This document shows positions 12,378 through 24,179 of a stretch of 64,000 bases of DNA, one piece after another (position 1 is the stretch's first letter; each line of letters starts with the position of its first letter). Source of the DNA: Scenedesmus sp. PABB004 (taxonomy: Eukaryota); the NCBI GenBank assembly GCA_014905635.1, contig JABVCE010000002.1, positions 2,418,001-2,482,000 on the forward strand. Reading direction: 5' to 3'. The notes beneath the pieces were generated by a model that was given only the letters and a program-made list of their open reading frames with translations, was not told the DNA's origin and searched no databases. The position numbers and the translations under genes are program-made.

Positions 12378-12887
12378 ATGGCTCGCGCCGCGCTCGTCGC
12401 CCTGGCGGCGCTGATGCTGGCGGGCGCCGCGTCGGCGCAGCTCGCCACGATTGAGGCGTGGCAGCAGTGCGGCGGGCTCAGTCGCGAGGCGGGCGAGTCC
12501 AGCGACGCCCCCTGGGCCGACGCAAGCTGCGGCGCGGGCCTGACCTGCGCCCGCAAGACCCAGTACTTCTGGCAGTGCTCGCCCAGCGCGGCGCTCTACG
12601 CGCAGTGCGGCGGCAAGTCCAACAGCAACGCCGCGCTCAGCGGAGACCGGGAGTGGGCGGGCTGCCCCGCCGGCTCGAGCTGCGTGCGCCAGACGGAGTT
12701 CTACTGGCAGTGCCTGAGGGAGGGCGAGACCGTGGCGCCCGCCGGCGCGCCGCAGGCGCCCCCGGCGACCACCGCCTCGTCGGGCATGCGCCTCGCCGCG
12801 CCGCAGCCCGACGCCAAGAAGCCCGCCGCCGCCCAGGCGCGCCCGCTCAAGAGCGTGGTGCCGACGGTGGCTGCCAAGAAGCCCTGA
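12378..12887 (+). CDS. Secreted protein with two tandem CBM1-like cellulose-binding modules, single exon
   Basis: Signal peptide MARAALVALAALMLAGAASA, then two repeats of (W/Y)xQCGG...C..G..C....(Y/F)(F/Y)WQC, then an Ala/Pro/Lys tail. No catalytic domain. Confidence 0.85.
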   Translation: MARAALVALAALMLAGAASAQLATIEAWQQCGGLSREAGESSDAPWADASCGAGLTCARKTQYFWQCSPSAALYAQCGGKSNSNAALSGDREWAGCPAGSSCVRQTEFYWQCLREGETVAPAGAPQAPPATTASSGMRLAAPQPDAKKPAAAQARPLKSVVPTVAAKKP

Positions 12888-13305
12888 GAGCTGGCTCAGT
12901 TTTTGTTGGCTGTTGACCGGTTGACGGGTGACGCATTGATTTTGTCGCGCGCAGCCGGGTGATCGCGGCTGGGCCTGGCCGATGCGTGGGAGCAGCACCG
13001 GCCGAGTGAGGGGTAACGTGGCCGAGCTGGGCCGAGCCGCGCGGGCGACGGGCGGCGCGGGCAGCGGCGGCGAAGGCGTGCGGACAGCGCGGTTCAGCGC
13101 GGTCCCGTGGCCAGTGCAAGCTCCCATACTCGTCACGGGGTGCCGCATCAGCCTCTGCTCAGCCTCTGCAGAGCCAGGCCGGTCACCACCACCCCACACA
13201 AGGCGGCAGCAGCGGCGGCCACTCGCCGGCCCGCGCCCCCTCGCAGCCGCCGCTGTCCGCCGCGAGAGCTGCGCCTGCTGCGCTGCGTGAAGCGGTCCTC
13301 TCGAG

Positions 13306-14158
13306 ATGCTCGCGCGGGCGCCGCAAGCGCTGCGCGCGCGGCAGCAGCAGCAGCAGCAGCAGCGCCGGCCCGCCGAGAGCACGCCGCGGCCAGCCCCCCG
13401 GAGCCCAGCGGCAGCGGCAGCGGCCGGCGCGCGCTGCTGGCGGCGGGCGCGTTGCTGCCGGTCGCGGCGCGCGCCGTGCCGCCGCCCGCCCGCGCGGCCG
13501 ACTGCGCGCTCGCGACCGCCGCGAGCGGGCTGCGCTGGTGCGACCTCGCCGTGGGCGACGGCGCGGCGCCGATCAAGGGCGCGTTCTCGAAGGCCCACTT
13601 CACCGCGCAGCTGGCCAGCAGCGGGGCTGTCTTCTACGACTCCCGGGCCCGCAAGGCGCCGCTGATCTTCAAGCCCGGCGCGAACGAGCTCGTCGCAGCG
13701 TTCGACGCCGCCGTGCTCGGCGCCGAGGTGCGCGCGCGCGCGGCAACAGGGGCGGGCGGGCGGCCGCTGCGGCGCAGGCGGCGCGCGTGCGCGCAGCGCG
13801 TGCTGAGCGCCGCCGGCGCCGCGCTGACCGCCACAGGACGTGCCGCCGATGCGCGAGGGCGGGACGCGCCGCGTCGTCGCGCCGCCGGGCCCGCTGCAGC
13901 GGCAGGGCGTGAAGAGCCTGCTCTGGGTTGCCGAGCTGTCGGAGGCCATCGAGGAAGCTGGTGAGTGACCGCCCGGCGCCGTGCGGGCGGCTGCTGACGC
14001 TGCGCGCCGCTGCGTGCGCCGCCCGCGCCGCGCCTGCGCTGCGCCTGCGCCGCCGACGCTGCGCCGCCGCCGCGCGCGCAGGGCTGTCGGCCGACGGCAC
14101 GCCGACGTCGGACCTCGTGTTTGAGATTGAGCTGCTGCCCAAGCGGCGCGCGGGGTGA
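13306..14158 (+). CDS. Thylakoid-lumen FKBP-type peptidyl-prolyl isomerase, 3 exons, apparent frameshift at C run 13394-13399
   Basis: Tat signal GRRALL...PPPARA and FKBP motifs SGLRWCDLAVGDG, PMREGGTRRVVAPP and DLVFEIELL. Confidence 0.85.
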
Positions 14159-14287
14159 GTGAGTTACAAATCAATGTGTGACTCACGCAAGCCGCACAGC
14201 TCGCGCCCCCGCCGCCGCCGTTGCGTCGCGCGCGCGACCCCCCCCCCCCAAACCGACCACCACCACCACCACCAAAGTGACAGCCGC

Positions 14288-14311
14288 GCTGCAGTGCAGC
14301 TGCACTGCAGC
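14288..14311. repeat. 24-bp perfect palindrome GCTGCAGTGCAGCTGCACTGCAGC
   Basis: Self-complementary sequence between the convergent FKBP and bZIP-like genes. Confidence 0.85.
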
Positions 14312-14724
14312 TGCAGCTGCAATGGGTCGCCGCTGCCGAGCGGGCAGTGCGCGTTGCAACAGTGCGCGCAGTTGGCGCGCCGCCCCCGGCCGGCCGCCGC
14401 GAGACGGGCAGGGTGGCGCCGCAGCAAAGTGGACAGTGGCGGATGCTTTAATGGGCTCAGCGCGCCAATCAACCGGGCACAATGCACAGCGCCCCAGCTC
14501 AGCTCCCACAAACACATTCACCCAGCCTGCCGCAGTGAGTGGGCACCAGTCGTCAGTCTCTGGCCTCGCCGCCGGCCCTCACACGGCACCGCCCCGCCGC
14601 CGTCGCGCCCCCGTGCGGCAATCCCTTGCGCCACCCAATTCTCCCCGCGGCCGCCGCAGCCGCGCGGCCCGCGCACGCGCGCCCAGGTCTCCAAACCCCG
14701 CGCAGGTCCGCGCGCCCCGCCTGA

Positions 14725-15745
14725 TCACCCGGCCTCGGCCGGCAGCTCCCAGCCCACCTCGTCCAGCGCCTCGCACAGACTCAGCGCATCCGGAAAGAAG
14801 GGGTAAGACTGCGGCGGCGGCGGCGGCGGCGCGGCGGGGGCGGGCGGGGCGCGTCGACGGCGGGGCGGCGGCGCGGCGCGCGCGGCGGGGCGGGCGGGGC
14901 GCGCCGGCGGCCCCGCGCCGCGCCGCGTGCGCGGCGGCGCGCCGCACGTGGACGTAGAAGGTGGCGAGCTGGCGGCGGTCGAGGGCGTTCATGAGGTTGA
15001 TGAACTGCAGGTGCAGCTGGGGTTTAGGGTGGTAGGGACGGGCGAGGGTTTAGGGGGCGGGGAGGCGGGCGCGCGCAGCGCGGGCGGCGGCGGGAGCGGA
15101 GGGCGCGCGGGCGGGGAGACGAGGGGAGGGGCGCGGCGCGGCGGCGGCCGCGGCCGCACCAGGAGCTTGATGGCGTTGGCGATGCGGTCCAGCGCGGCCT
15201 CGAGCTGGCGCTGCTCCGCGCTCGCGACCTCGAGCAGCAGCTCCTGCTGCGTCGCCGTGCTGCCGCGCGTGAGGCGCCGCATGTGCGCGAGCGCGGGCGC
15301 GCCGCTCGCGTCGTCGTCGTCCGCGTCCGCGTCCGCGTCGCCGCCGGCGGACGCGCCGGCGCTGAAGCTCGGCCCCGCCGCGGGCAGCATCGACCCCGCG
15401 CCGCCCCACGCGGGCTCGCAGCCCGACGCCGAGCCGACGCGGCCGGCGGAGCCCGCCGACAGCGGCGCCGCCGCGCCGCCGGCACCCGTGGGGGGCCCGG
15501 GCGCGCCGTCCGGCGGCGCGGGGCGCTGGCCAAACGTGAACGACTGCGCGCCGCCGGCCGGCCCGCCGCCGAGCGGGCTGGGGGCGCGCGGCGGCGCGAG
15601 CGCCGGGGGCGTCTGGCCGTAGGTGAACGACCACGCGGCGCGCTGCGGCGCCTCCAGCGCCGGGCTGGGAGGCATCGAGTCCTCCCGGCAGAACGCGGCG
15701 TGCGCGTCCTGCAGCACGGCGAGGTCCCCCGGCGGCGGCGGCGCC

Positions 15746-15790
<45 letters not shown>

Positions 15791-15980
15791 ACCTGCTGCA
15801 CCTGCTGCACCAGCTGCTGCTGCTGCTGCTGCTGCCACTCCGGCACGCCCGCCGCGGCCGCCGCGCCGCCGAGCGCGGCCTCGCAAAGCGTGATGGAGGG
15901 GAGGAGGCTGACGTCCAGCGCGCCCAGGTCAAAGTCAGCGTCCAGCAGGTCTAGGGCCGCCAGCGAGTCCATGGGCTGCA

Positions 15981-16012
<32 letters not shown>

Positions 16013-17655
16013 GGGGCCTGCTGCTGCGCCACCGGCGGCGGCGGCGCGGCCTGCTGCGGCCACTGCGGGGCCGCCGGGGGCGGCGGCAGCACCGCGCCGG
16101 GCAGCTCGTCCGCGGCGTGCAGGAACTCGTGCAGCTGGCTGCGCTTGCGCGCCTGCAGCCGCACGAGCTGCTCCGTGAGACGCTCGTGCTGCTGCATCAG
16201 GGCCGCCTTGCGCGCCTTGGAGCGCTCGAAGCAGACCTTGAGCGACGCGCGCTGCTCCGCGTCCAGCTCCAGCGCCTGTGGCGCCGCGGGGCATCGGCGG
16301 CGTCGGCGGCGCGCGGCGCTCGGCGCGCCGCGCGGCGGGGCGGGCGCGGGGCCCGCGCACCTGGGCGACCTGCAGCCACCAGCCCTCGGGATATGGCTCC
16401 GGCTTGAACGTCTCCACATTGAACAGCAGGTTCTGCAGGCCGCGCAGGCGCGTCAAGGGCGGCGCGGCGGCGGTCGGGCGGCGCCGCGCGGCGCGTCGCT
16501 CGCGCCCCCGCCCGCCGCGCGCCAGGCCGCGCGCCCCCGCGGCGCCGCGCCGCGCGCCTGCAGGCGCATCGACGGCGCGTCCCACAGCCCGGTGATGAGG
16601 ATCTTCTCGGTGAGGTCGTCCACGAGCTCGTGCAGCTGCGCGCGCGCGCTGCCCGCCGCCGTCGCGGGCGCGCTGGGGTTGCCGTACTTTGCGAGGAGCA
16701 CGCCCATGCGAGGGATCTGTTATTTGTATGGGGGAGGGGGGCGTGGGGCGTGGCACGGCGCGGCGCATGACACGGCGGCGTGCGGCGGCAGCGCGGCGGC
16801 GTCGGCGGGCGCGGGCGCCAGCGGGCGCTGGCCGCGCCGAGCCGCGCGGACCTGGCCGGCGAGCAGCTTGAGCCGGTCGCTGCGCGTGAGCGCCAGGTGC
16901 GCGGCCGCGCGGCGCGGGGCCGCCGTCGCGCGGCGCAGCAGCTGCCGGGCGGCGCGGGCGGCGTGCGGCGCGGGTTGGACATGGCGGGGCGCGCCGCGCG
17001 CGCGGCAGCGCGGCCGCGCGGCGGCGGCCAGGCCGCCAGCCCGCGCGCGGCAGCGGCGGGTATGGCGGCGCCGCTCACCATCGTGGAGTAGAGCTCAGTG
17101 ACGATGCCGCCGCTGCTGCCGAGCTGCGCAAGCAGCGCCGCGACCTGCCGCTCGCTGGTCTCGAGGCGCGCGACGAGCGCGCGCGCGGCGCTGCTGCTGC
17201 CGCCGCTGGCCGGCCCGCCGTCGCCCGTGCCCGCGCTGTCCTGCGGCGTCGCGGCGTCGCCGCCGCCGCCGAGGACGTTGCCGCTCGCGACGGACGACTG
17301 CGGCGTGCCGCCCGACTCGCCGGGCCCGCCATCGCCGCCGCCGCCGCTGAGCTCGGGCCCAGGATGGACAGCCCCGCCGCCAGGCCGCCCTCGAGGGAGC
17401 CGATCGCCGCACCGAGCGCGCGCTCGCGGCTCTTCAGCGCCTGGTTGTCGCGCTCGAGGATGGCCAGCTGCGCCAGGCGCTTCTCCAGCTGGCGCTGCAG
17501 CTCCGCGACCTGCGCCCGCGGCCGTCAGCGCCGGCGGCAGCGGCGGCAGCGGCAGCGGCAGCGGCGGCAGCGGCGGCGGCAGCGGCGGCGGCAGCAGCGG
17601 CGCGCCCGCAGCTCGCCTGGCGGCCGTAGAAATTGCCCTGCCCCCGCTGCGCCAT
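14725..17655 (-). CDS. Chlorophyte bZIP-like or coiled-coil putative transcription regulator, multi-exon, frameshift near 17356
   Basis: N-terminal heptad VAELQRQLEKRLAQLAILERDNQALKSRERAL, internal WWLQVAQALELDAEQ, polyQ, and C-terminal LDRRQLATFY...SYPFFPD, a pattern I recall from green-algal bZIP-like proteins. Confidence 0.6.
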
Positions 17656-18173
17656 GCCGGGCGAGTGAGGGATCCGCGTCGGTGCTCGCCCACGGGCAGC
17701 GGTCGCCGTCCGCGGCGCGAACGGGCGCGGGGGCTCCCGGGGAGCGGATGCCCGGGGCGACGAGGCGAGGTCACGCCCCGCCGCGCGGCGCAGCGCAGCC
17801 CATCGCGGCTGCCGTGCTCGCTGCCCACGTCCACGCGCGGCACGCCGGTGGCTGCAGGGCGAGGAGCGCGAGGCGCTGCACGGGCCGGCCTGCGCACGCG
17901 CTGCCCCTGCACGCGGGCGGTGATGTCGGGCGTGCCTGATCAGCGCGGCGAGGGCCTTGCAGACCGCGCGGCTGCCAGGCCCAGCGCCGGCGCCCTGCTC
18001 CGCCGCCGCGTTGCCGCGCGCCCTGCACCGCCGCGGCGCCACCGCCTCGCGCTCACGGCCCGCCCGCGCAGAGGGCCCGCGCGAACCTGGCGACCCACAC
18101 GCCCTCCCCCCTCCCAGCCGAGAGGCGCCGTCGTCGCGCGCGCTGCGGCGCCGACGAGCCGCCTGCTGCGCGC

Positions 18174-21100
18174 TCAGCCCGCCGCGGCGCGCAGCGCGGC
18201 GGCCGCGGCCGCGAGCGCGCCGTCAAAGTCGACGCTGCTGTCGGGCGCCACCACCGCGGCGCCCGGCCGCCGCGCGCGCGCCTTGGCGCACGCCTTGGCG
18301 TGCGCGGGGCGGCCGCCGCCGCCCAGGTCGTCGTCGGCCCGCCGCTGCGGGGCGGCCGCCGCGCCGCGCGCAAAGCGCCGCGCCCGCGCGCGGCCCGCCG
18401 CGGGGCAGCTGCCAGCGCTCTCGCCGCCCTCGTCGTCGGCGTTCGCCTCGCCGGCCGGCCGCGGCCGCCGCTGCTCGCGCGCCTCCTCGGCCAGCGCCAG
18501 CGCGTCGCGCGCGCACTGCGCCGCCTGCCGCGCCGCCCGCGCGTCCGACTCGGCGCCGGCGAGCTGGTCGCGCAGCGCGCCCGCCTCCGCAGCATGGCGC
18601 CGCTGCGCCGCGGCCAGCTCCGCGCGCGCGGTCGCGAGCTCCGCGGCGAGCTCGGCCACGCGACCACGCGCCTGCAGCAGCCGCTCCCGCTGCTCGCCGT
18701 CCGGCTGCTGCTGCTCCTGGAGGCAGGCGAGCGGCGCCTCTGCCGCCGCCAGCTGCTGCTGTGTGGCCGCCAGCTGCTCGCGGCAGCACGCCAGCTGCTC
18801 CTCGTAGGCTTGCCGGGTCTGGTGCAGCTCCAGCTGCGCGGGCGGGCGGCGCGGCCGGCCGGAGCAGAGAGTCAGAGCACACCGGCAGGCGCGGCGCAAA
18901 GCCCAGCAGCGCGGCGCCTCACCTGTGCCTCCTGCAGCTGCCCCTGCAGCCGCGCCGTCTCAGCCGACTGCTGCCAGTGCAGCTGGCGCGCCGTCTCCGC
19001 CGGCACCTGCTGCTGCTGCTGGTGCTGGTGCTGGTGGTGGTGGTGGTGCTGCTGCTGCTGCTGCGCCTGCGCCTGCGCCTGCGCCTGCGCCTGCGCCTGC
19101 GGCCCGCCCAGGGCGCCGCCTGCGCGCGCGGCGCCGCCGGCACTGCCCGGCTGGCTGCCCGGCCGGCCGCCGCCGCCCAGGCGCGCCGCGAGGCCGCACG
19201 CCGCCGCGCGCTGCAGCGCGGACCCAAGGTCTGCCTCTGCGTCTGCCAGCTTGCGGCACGTCGCGGCGGGCTCCATTCCCTCCCGGCCGCGCGCGCTGGC
19301 CCATGCGCCAAGCTCGTGCTGAATGCCTGCCAGCTCGCCCTCCGCCGCCTCCAGGCGCGCCTCCAGGTCTGCGGCGCGCTGCTGCGCGCACTGGCGCGCC
19401 GCCTCGGCGGCGCGCAGCTGCTGGAGCTGGCCCTGCGCCGCCGCGGCGCCGGCGTCGGCGTCGGCCCGGGCGACACGCAGCTCCCCACGCAGCGCGTCGG
19501 CCGCCGCCTCGGCGGCCGCCGCGCGCTTGAGCTCCGCCGCCTGGGCCTTTGCCGCCGACGCCGCGGACCGCCTGGCGCGCTCCAGCTCCGCCCGCAGCTC
19601 CTCCAGCTGGCCCGCCTGCTGCGCGCACCGCTCCTGCGCCTGCGCCAGCGCCGCGCCCGCGTCGCGCGCGGCGGTCCGCGCCGCCGACAGCTGCCGCGCG
19701 GCGTCGGCCGCCCGCGCCTTGTGCGCGGCGAGCTCGTGCTGCAGCGCCCGCGACTCGGCGCGAGCCTCGGCCGCCGCCGCGGCCTTTGCCTGCAGCGCCT
19801 CCTGCAGCCGCGCCGTCGCGGCGGCGCGCTCCTCCAGCTGCGTGCGCGCGTCAAGCAGCGAACCCTCGACCGCTGACAGCGCGGCGAGCAGCTCGCCCTG
19901 CTCCGCCTGCAGCGCCGCCAGCTGCACGTCGGCGCCGCCCCGCCCCGCCGACTGCTCCTCGCGCAACTGCGCGCGGAGCCCCTCGCGCTGCCCCTCCGCC
20001 AGCGCGAGGCGCTGCGCGAGGCGCTGGCCCTCCTGCGTCACCGCCGCCAGCTGCTGCTCGTGCTGCCCCAGCTGCGCCTGCAACTCCAGCGTCGCTGCGT
20101 GGTGCTGCTGCACCTGCGCGCGGTGAGGCCAGCGTGGCAACGCCAAGGGGGGGGGGGTGACGGGCCGCCTCCAGCCCCGCCCCGCCCCGCCCCGCCCCGC
20201 CCCGCCCCGCCCCGCCGCCCCGCCCCGCCCCGCCCCGCCCCGCCCCGCCCCGCCCCGCCCCGCCCCGCCCCGCCCCGCCCCGCCCCGCCCCGCCCCGCCC
20301 CGCCCCGCCCCGCCCCGCCCCGCCCCGCCCCGCCCCGCCCCGCCGCGCCCCGCCGCGCCCCGCCGCGCCCCGCCGCGCCGCGCCGCCCCCCGCTGCGCCT
20401 CGCACCGCTGCGGCCGCCTTGGCCTCTGCCTTGAGCACCCGCTTGGCCCACTTGGCCTCCAGCCGCCCCGCCAGCTGCGCGAGCGCCGCCTCGGCGCCGC
20501 GCGCCGCCTCGTCGAGGCGCTGCCGCAGCGCCTCGCGCGCCGCGGTGCTGCGCTGCAGCTCAGCGCCCTTCTCCGAGAGCTGGCTCTCCAGCGAGGCGAG
20601 CTCGCCCCGGAGCGCAGCGAGCTCACCCTGGCGCCGCGCCACACCGGCCTGCACCTCTGCCGTGAGTGCGGCAAAGTCGGAGGCCAGCTTGGACGCGCCG
20701 CCGCCTGTGAAGCGCAGCGCGCTGTCCGCGGGCAGCGCGTGCCACGCCGCCTCGACGCGCTGCTGCGCGGCCGCGACGTCCGCCGCGAGCGAATCCTGCG
20801 CAGCCCGCTCGGCGCCGCGCCCGGCCGCGCCCGCGGAGTGGCGGCCGCCGCCGCCGCCGCCGCTGCCGTCGTCTCCGTCGGCAACCAGGAGCAGCGCGAG
20901 GCTGCGCAGTTGTGTGGCCAGCAGCTGGCGCTCGGCGGCCAGGTACCCGGCCTCTGCCTGGGCGCCGCCCGCGGCCGCGCTGAGGCGCGCGTTGCGCGCG
21001 CGAAGCGCCGCCGCCGCCTCGTGCGCGCCCTGCAGCTGCGGGCGGGCCGCGCCCGGGCTGCTGCCGCCGCCGGCGGTGCTGCTGACAGCAGCCTCCAGGC

Positions 21101-21659
21101 GCCCCGCGGCCGCCGCCCCGTTGTCGCCGGCGCCCGCCGCCGCGCAGGGCTGCCGCCGCGGCGCGGGCGACGCCGGCGAGCCGGCCGCGTCGCCGCCCGA
21201 GGCGCCGTCGCCGCCCTCGCTGCCGTGCGCCGCGAGCTGGCGCGCCACGTCGCACCGCGCCTCGCGCAGCCGCTCGTGCTGCTCCGCGTGTGCCTGCTGC
21301 CGCGCACGCAGCTCCCAGTCCTGCAGCGCCAGGCTCCAGCCCACGCCGCTGTCGTCGACGCCGCAGCCCGCCCGCGCCGGCGACCACGACGCCGCGCTGC
21401 CGTCGCCGCTGGGGCTGCCCGCAGCAGCGGCCTCAATCTCCGCCAGTAGCTCCCGCGCCTGCGCCGCCAGGCCGCCCATGCCGGGCGAGCCCGGCGCCGC
21501 CGCGTCGCCCGGCGAGCCCGGCGGCGAGGCGCCCGGCTGCGCGCGGCGCTGCTGCCGCCGCCGCGGCGAGCGGCTGGCCAGCAGGCGCTGCATCATCGCG
21601 CGCAGCGCCGCCGCGTCCGCCGCCAGCTGCTCCGCGTTCGCAGAGGCCTCCTCCTCCAT
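18174..21659 (-). CDS. Long coiled-coil hypothetical protein, multi-exon
   Basis: Starts MEEEASANAEQLAADAAALRAMMQRLL, followed by extensive E/Q/L/A heptads across exons with GT-AG boundaries. Stop TGA at 18174. Confidence 0.65.
20174..20385. repeat. Intronic (CCCCG)n / (GGGGC)n pentamer array, about 33 units plus degenerate 10-mers
   Basis: Read directly from the sequence. It lies within intron 20114-20405 of the coiled-coil gene. Confidence 0.95.
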
Positions 21660-22002
21660 CCTGCAGTCACTGACCGGCGTGCGGCCGGCACGACGGGCCG
21701 TTTCTGCAAAGGCACAGGCCGGTGGCGGGGCGGGCGCGGGCCAGGGGCGCCCGGCGCGGGCGCGGCGGGCGGCGGCGCGCGCAAACGGACAGCGGCGCGC
21801 CCGGCCGCACGGCGGCGCTCGGCTGCGCTCGGCTGCGCTCGTCTGCGGGGTGGATGGGTTGGGAACGACGGGGAGGAGCCTGAAGAGAGCAAAGGCGCAG
21901 GCCGTCAGCGGCGCTTCAAGCAGACCGAACGCCAAGCGACGGCGCGCGGCCGAAGGCCGCCCCGCCCCCGTCCCACGCCACAGCGTCCACGCGCCGGCGA
22001 CC

Positions 22003-22929
22003 ATGCAGCAAGGCGGCGGCGCGCGGCCGGCAGCGCCGCCGGCAGCGCCGCCGTCGCCGGCGGCGCCGCCCGGCACCGACGTCGCCGGGTTCTACGCGCA
22101 GCTCGTGGGCGCAGGCGCGCCTGCCGATGACACTGGCAGCGATGCGCCGGGCGCGGTGACGGACGCGGCGGCGGCGCCGGGCACGGGCGCGGACGCTGCG
22201 GCAGCAGCAGCAGCGGGAGCGGCGGCCGCTGGCGTGCCGCACCTGCGGCCTGTGCGCTTCGCGGCGCCGGTGGTCCTGGACCCCAACATCGGCGTCGTCA
22301 CGCTGCCGCCGGCGTCGGACGCCGCCCCGGCGGCGCGCCACCGCCGAGGCGGCGCGCACGGCGCCGCGCACCCGGCGCACCCGGCGGCGCCATCGGCGAT
22401 CGGCGCGAGCGCGCGGCGGCCGATCGACCGCGGCAACGTGGGCTACCGCCTGCTGCAAAAGGCAGGCTGGACCGAGGGCCGCGGCCTCGGCGCGGCGGAG
22501 CAGGGCATGGCCGCGCCGCTCGCGGTCGTGCCGCAAAAGGGCAGCACGGGCCTGGGCTTTGGCGCGGCGCAGGCGGCGCCGCAGCAGGCGCAGCAGGGCG
22601 GCGGCGCGGCGGCGGGGCCGGCGGCGCCGCCGCAGCCGGCGGGCCCCGTGCTGGGCGGGCGGCGCGTCGCGGCGCTCGTGGCGGCGGAGCTCGCGGCGGA
22701 GAGCCTTGACGCCAAGGTGGCGCGGCACCGCCAGGTCATGGCTGCCGAGGCGCGCGACGCGCGGGACCGCGAGGTGCAGCGGCTCATCTTTCGGGCTTTT
22801 TCTGACGGCGACGGCGGCGGCGGGGGCGGCGGCGCCGGCGGCGGCAATGCGTCCAACCCGCTGGTCTCCGGCAACCACCGCCTGACTGCGACCAACCCGC
22901 TGCTGGACGACAGCGACGACGGCGGGTAG
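22003..22929 (+). CDS. G-patch domain protein, single exon
   Basis: G-patch motif PIDRGNVGYRLLQKAGWTEGRGLGAAEQGMAAPL...GSTGLGF. Confidence 0.88.
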   Translation: MQQGGGARPAAPPAAPPSPAAPPGTDVAGFYAQLVGAGAPADDTGSDAPGAVTDAAAAPGTGADAAAAAAAGAAAAGVPHLRPVRFAAPVVLDPNIGVVTLPPASDAAPAARHRRGGAHGAAHPAHPAAPSAIGASARRPIDRGNVGYRLLQKAGWTEGRGLGAAEQGMAAPLAVVPQKGSTGLGFGAAQAAPQQAQQGGGAAAGPAAPPQPAGPVLGGRRVAALVAAELAAESLDAKVARHRQVMAAEARDARDREVQRLIFRAFSDGDGGGGGGGAGGGNASNPLVSGNHRLTATNPLLDDSDDGG

Positions 22930-23221
22930 CTGCGCTGCTGCACGGCGGCGCGGCGCAGCGCTGCGGCGCGGCCAGTGGCGTCGGCGGGGGAAGGGCCGGC
23001 GGGATGCAAACTCAACCGCAGCGTGGGGACGAGGGGTTCGCACTGATCTCTGTTGTGTGTTTGTTTCAGGGCTGCGGGCCCAGCGCGCCCGCGCAACTCG
23101 CTCAACTCCGAGCGCGCGGCCGGCCGGCGCCGCAGAGGCGCCGCCGCCGCCGCGGCGCGGGGTAACAGCTAAGCCCAGCGCTCGCGCAGGCGTGCCGCCG
23201 GCTCGCGATGAGGCAGGCGCA

Positions 23222-24017
23222 TCAGCAGGCGTCGCAGCCGTGCACCCAGGCGTAAAAGTGGGGGTGGATGAGCAGGCAGAGGTGGGGGCAGGCCTTGGCC
23301 GCCGGCGGCGCGGGCGTCGGGATCACCTCGGACGCGGGCGGCGCAGGCGCGGGCGCGGGTGACTCCTCGGCTGGCGGGCGCGCGGGCGGGCAGCGGCGGG
23401 CGCGGCGGTGGGCTGCGAGCGGAAGCTCTCGTGCGCAGCGCGGCAGCAGCGCGCCCGCCGCCGCACCTGGCGCCTCCGCCGGGGCTGGCCCCTCCGCCGG
23501 GGCCGGCGCGGCCGCGGCCTGGTCGGCCGCCGGGGCCGCCGGGGCGTCGGCCGCCGGGGCCGCCGGGGCGTCGGCCGCCGGGGCCGCGTCAGCCGCCGCG
23601 GGCGCCGGGGCGTCGGCCGCCGCGGGCGCCTCGCTGGCCGCGGGCGCGGGCGCGCCCACGGTGATGGTGATCGTCTTCGTGACGGGAGCGGCCGACGTGA
23701 AAAAGCCAAGCAGCGCGCGGCGCGGCGCGGGAGCGGGAGCGCTGGCGCCTGCGCAGGCAGCAGCGAGCGAGCAGCGCTTAAGATCGTTAAGAGGGCGTGA
23801 GTCTGGACGCGGGGGCGCGCGGGCGGGCGCGCCGAGGCCTCCAGGCGGCCGCGCGCTGGGCGCTGCCGCCGCCGGCGCCTTGGCAGGTCGCCCCTGGAGC
23901 AGCGGGCCCCCGGCATCGCGCACCCGCGGCCTCCACGGACATCGTGGCGGTCATCAGCGCCAGCGCGGCCAGCGCCAGCGCCGCGGCAGCGAGTGCGGGG
24001 CGGCGGGTGCGCGCCAT
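23222..24017 (-). CDS. Small secreted Ala/Pro-rich (AGP/HRGP-like) protein with a Cys/His C-terminal motif
   Basis: Signal peptide MARTRRPALAAAALALAALALM, APAAADAP repeats, and C-terminus KACPHLCLLIHPHFYAWVHGCDAC*. Confidence 0.6.
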
Positions 24018-24179
24018 CGGGCAGGGCCGATTGCTGGCTTGAGCTCGCGGTGTGGCTGGCTGCGGGGTGGGGCGATGGCTGTGCACGCGGGAGGGGCACC
24101 GGCCTGGCTGCCGCTGCGGAAGCGCGGCGGCGGCCAGAACCCTCAAACGACGCTCGAGGTTCAGCGCGCCGCCTTGCGC

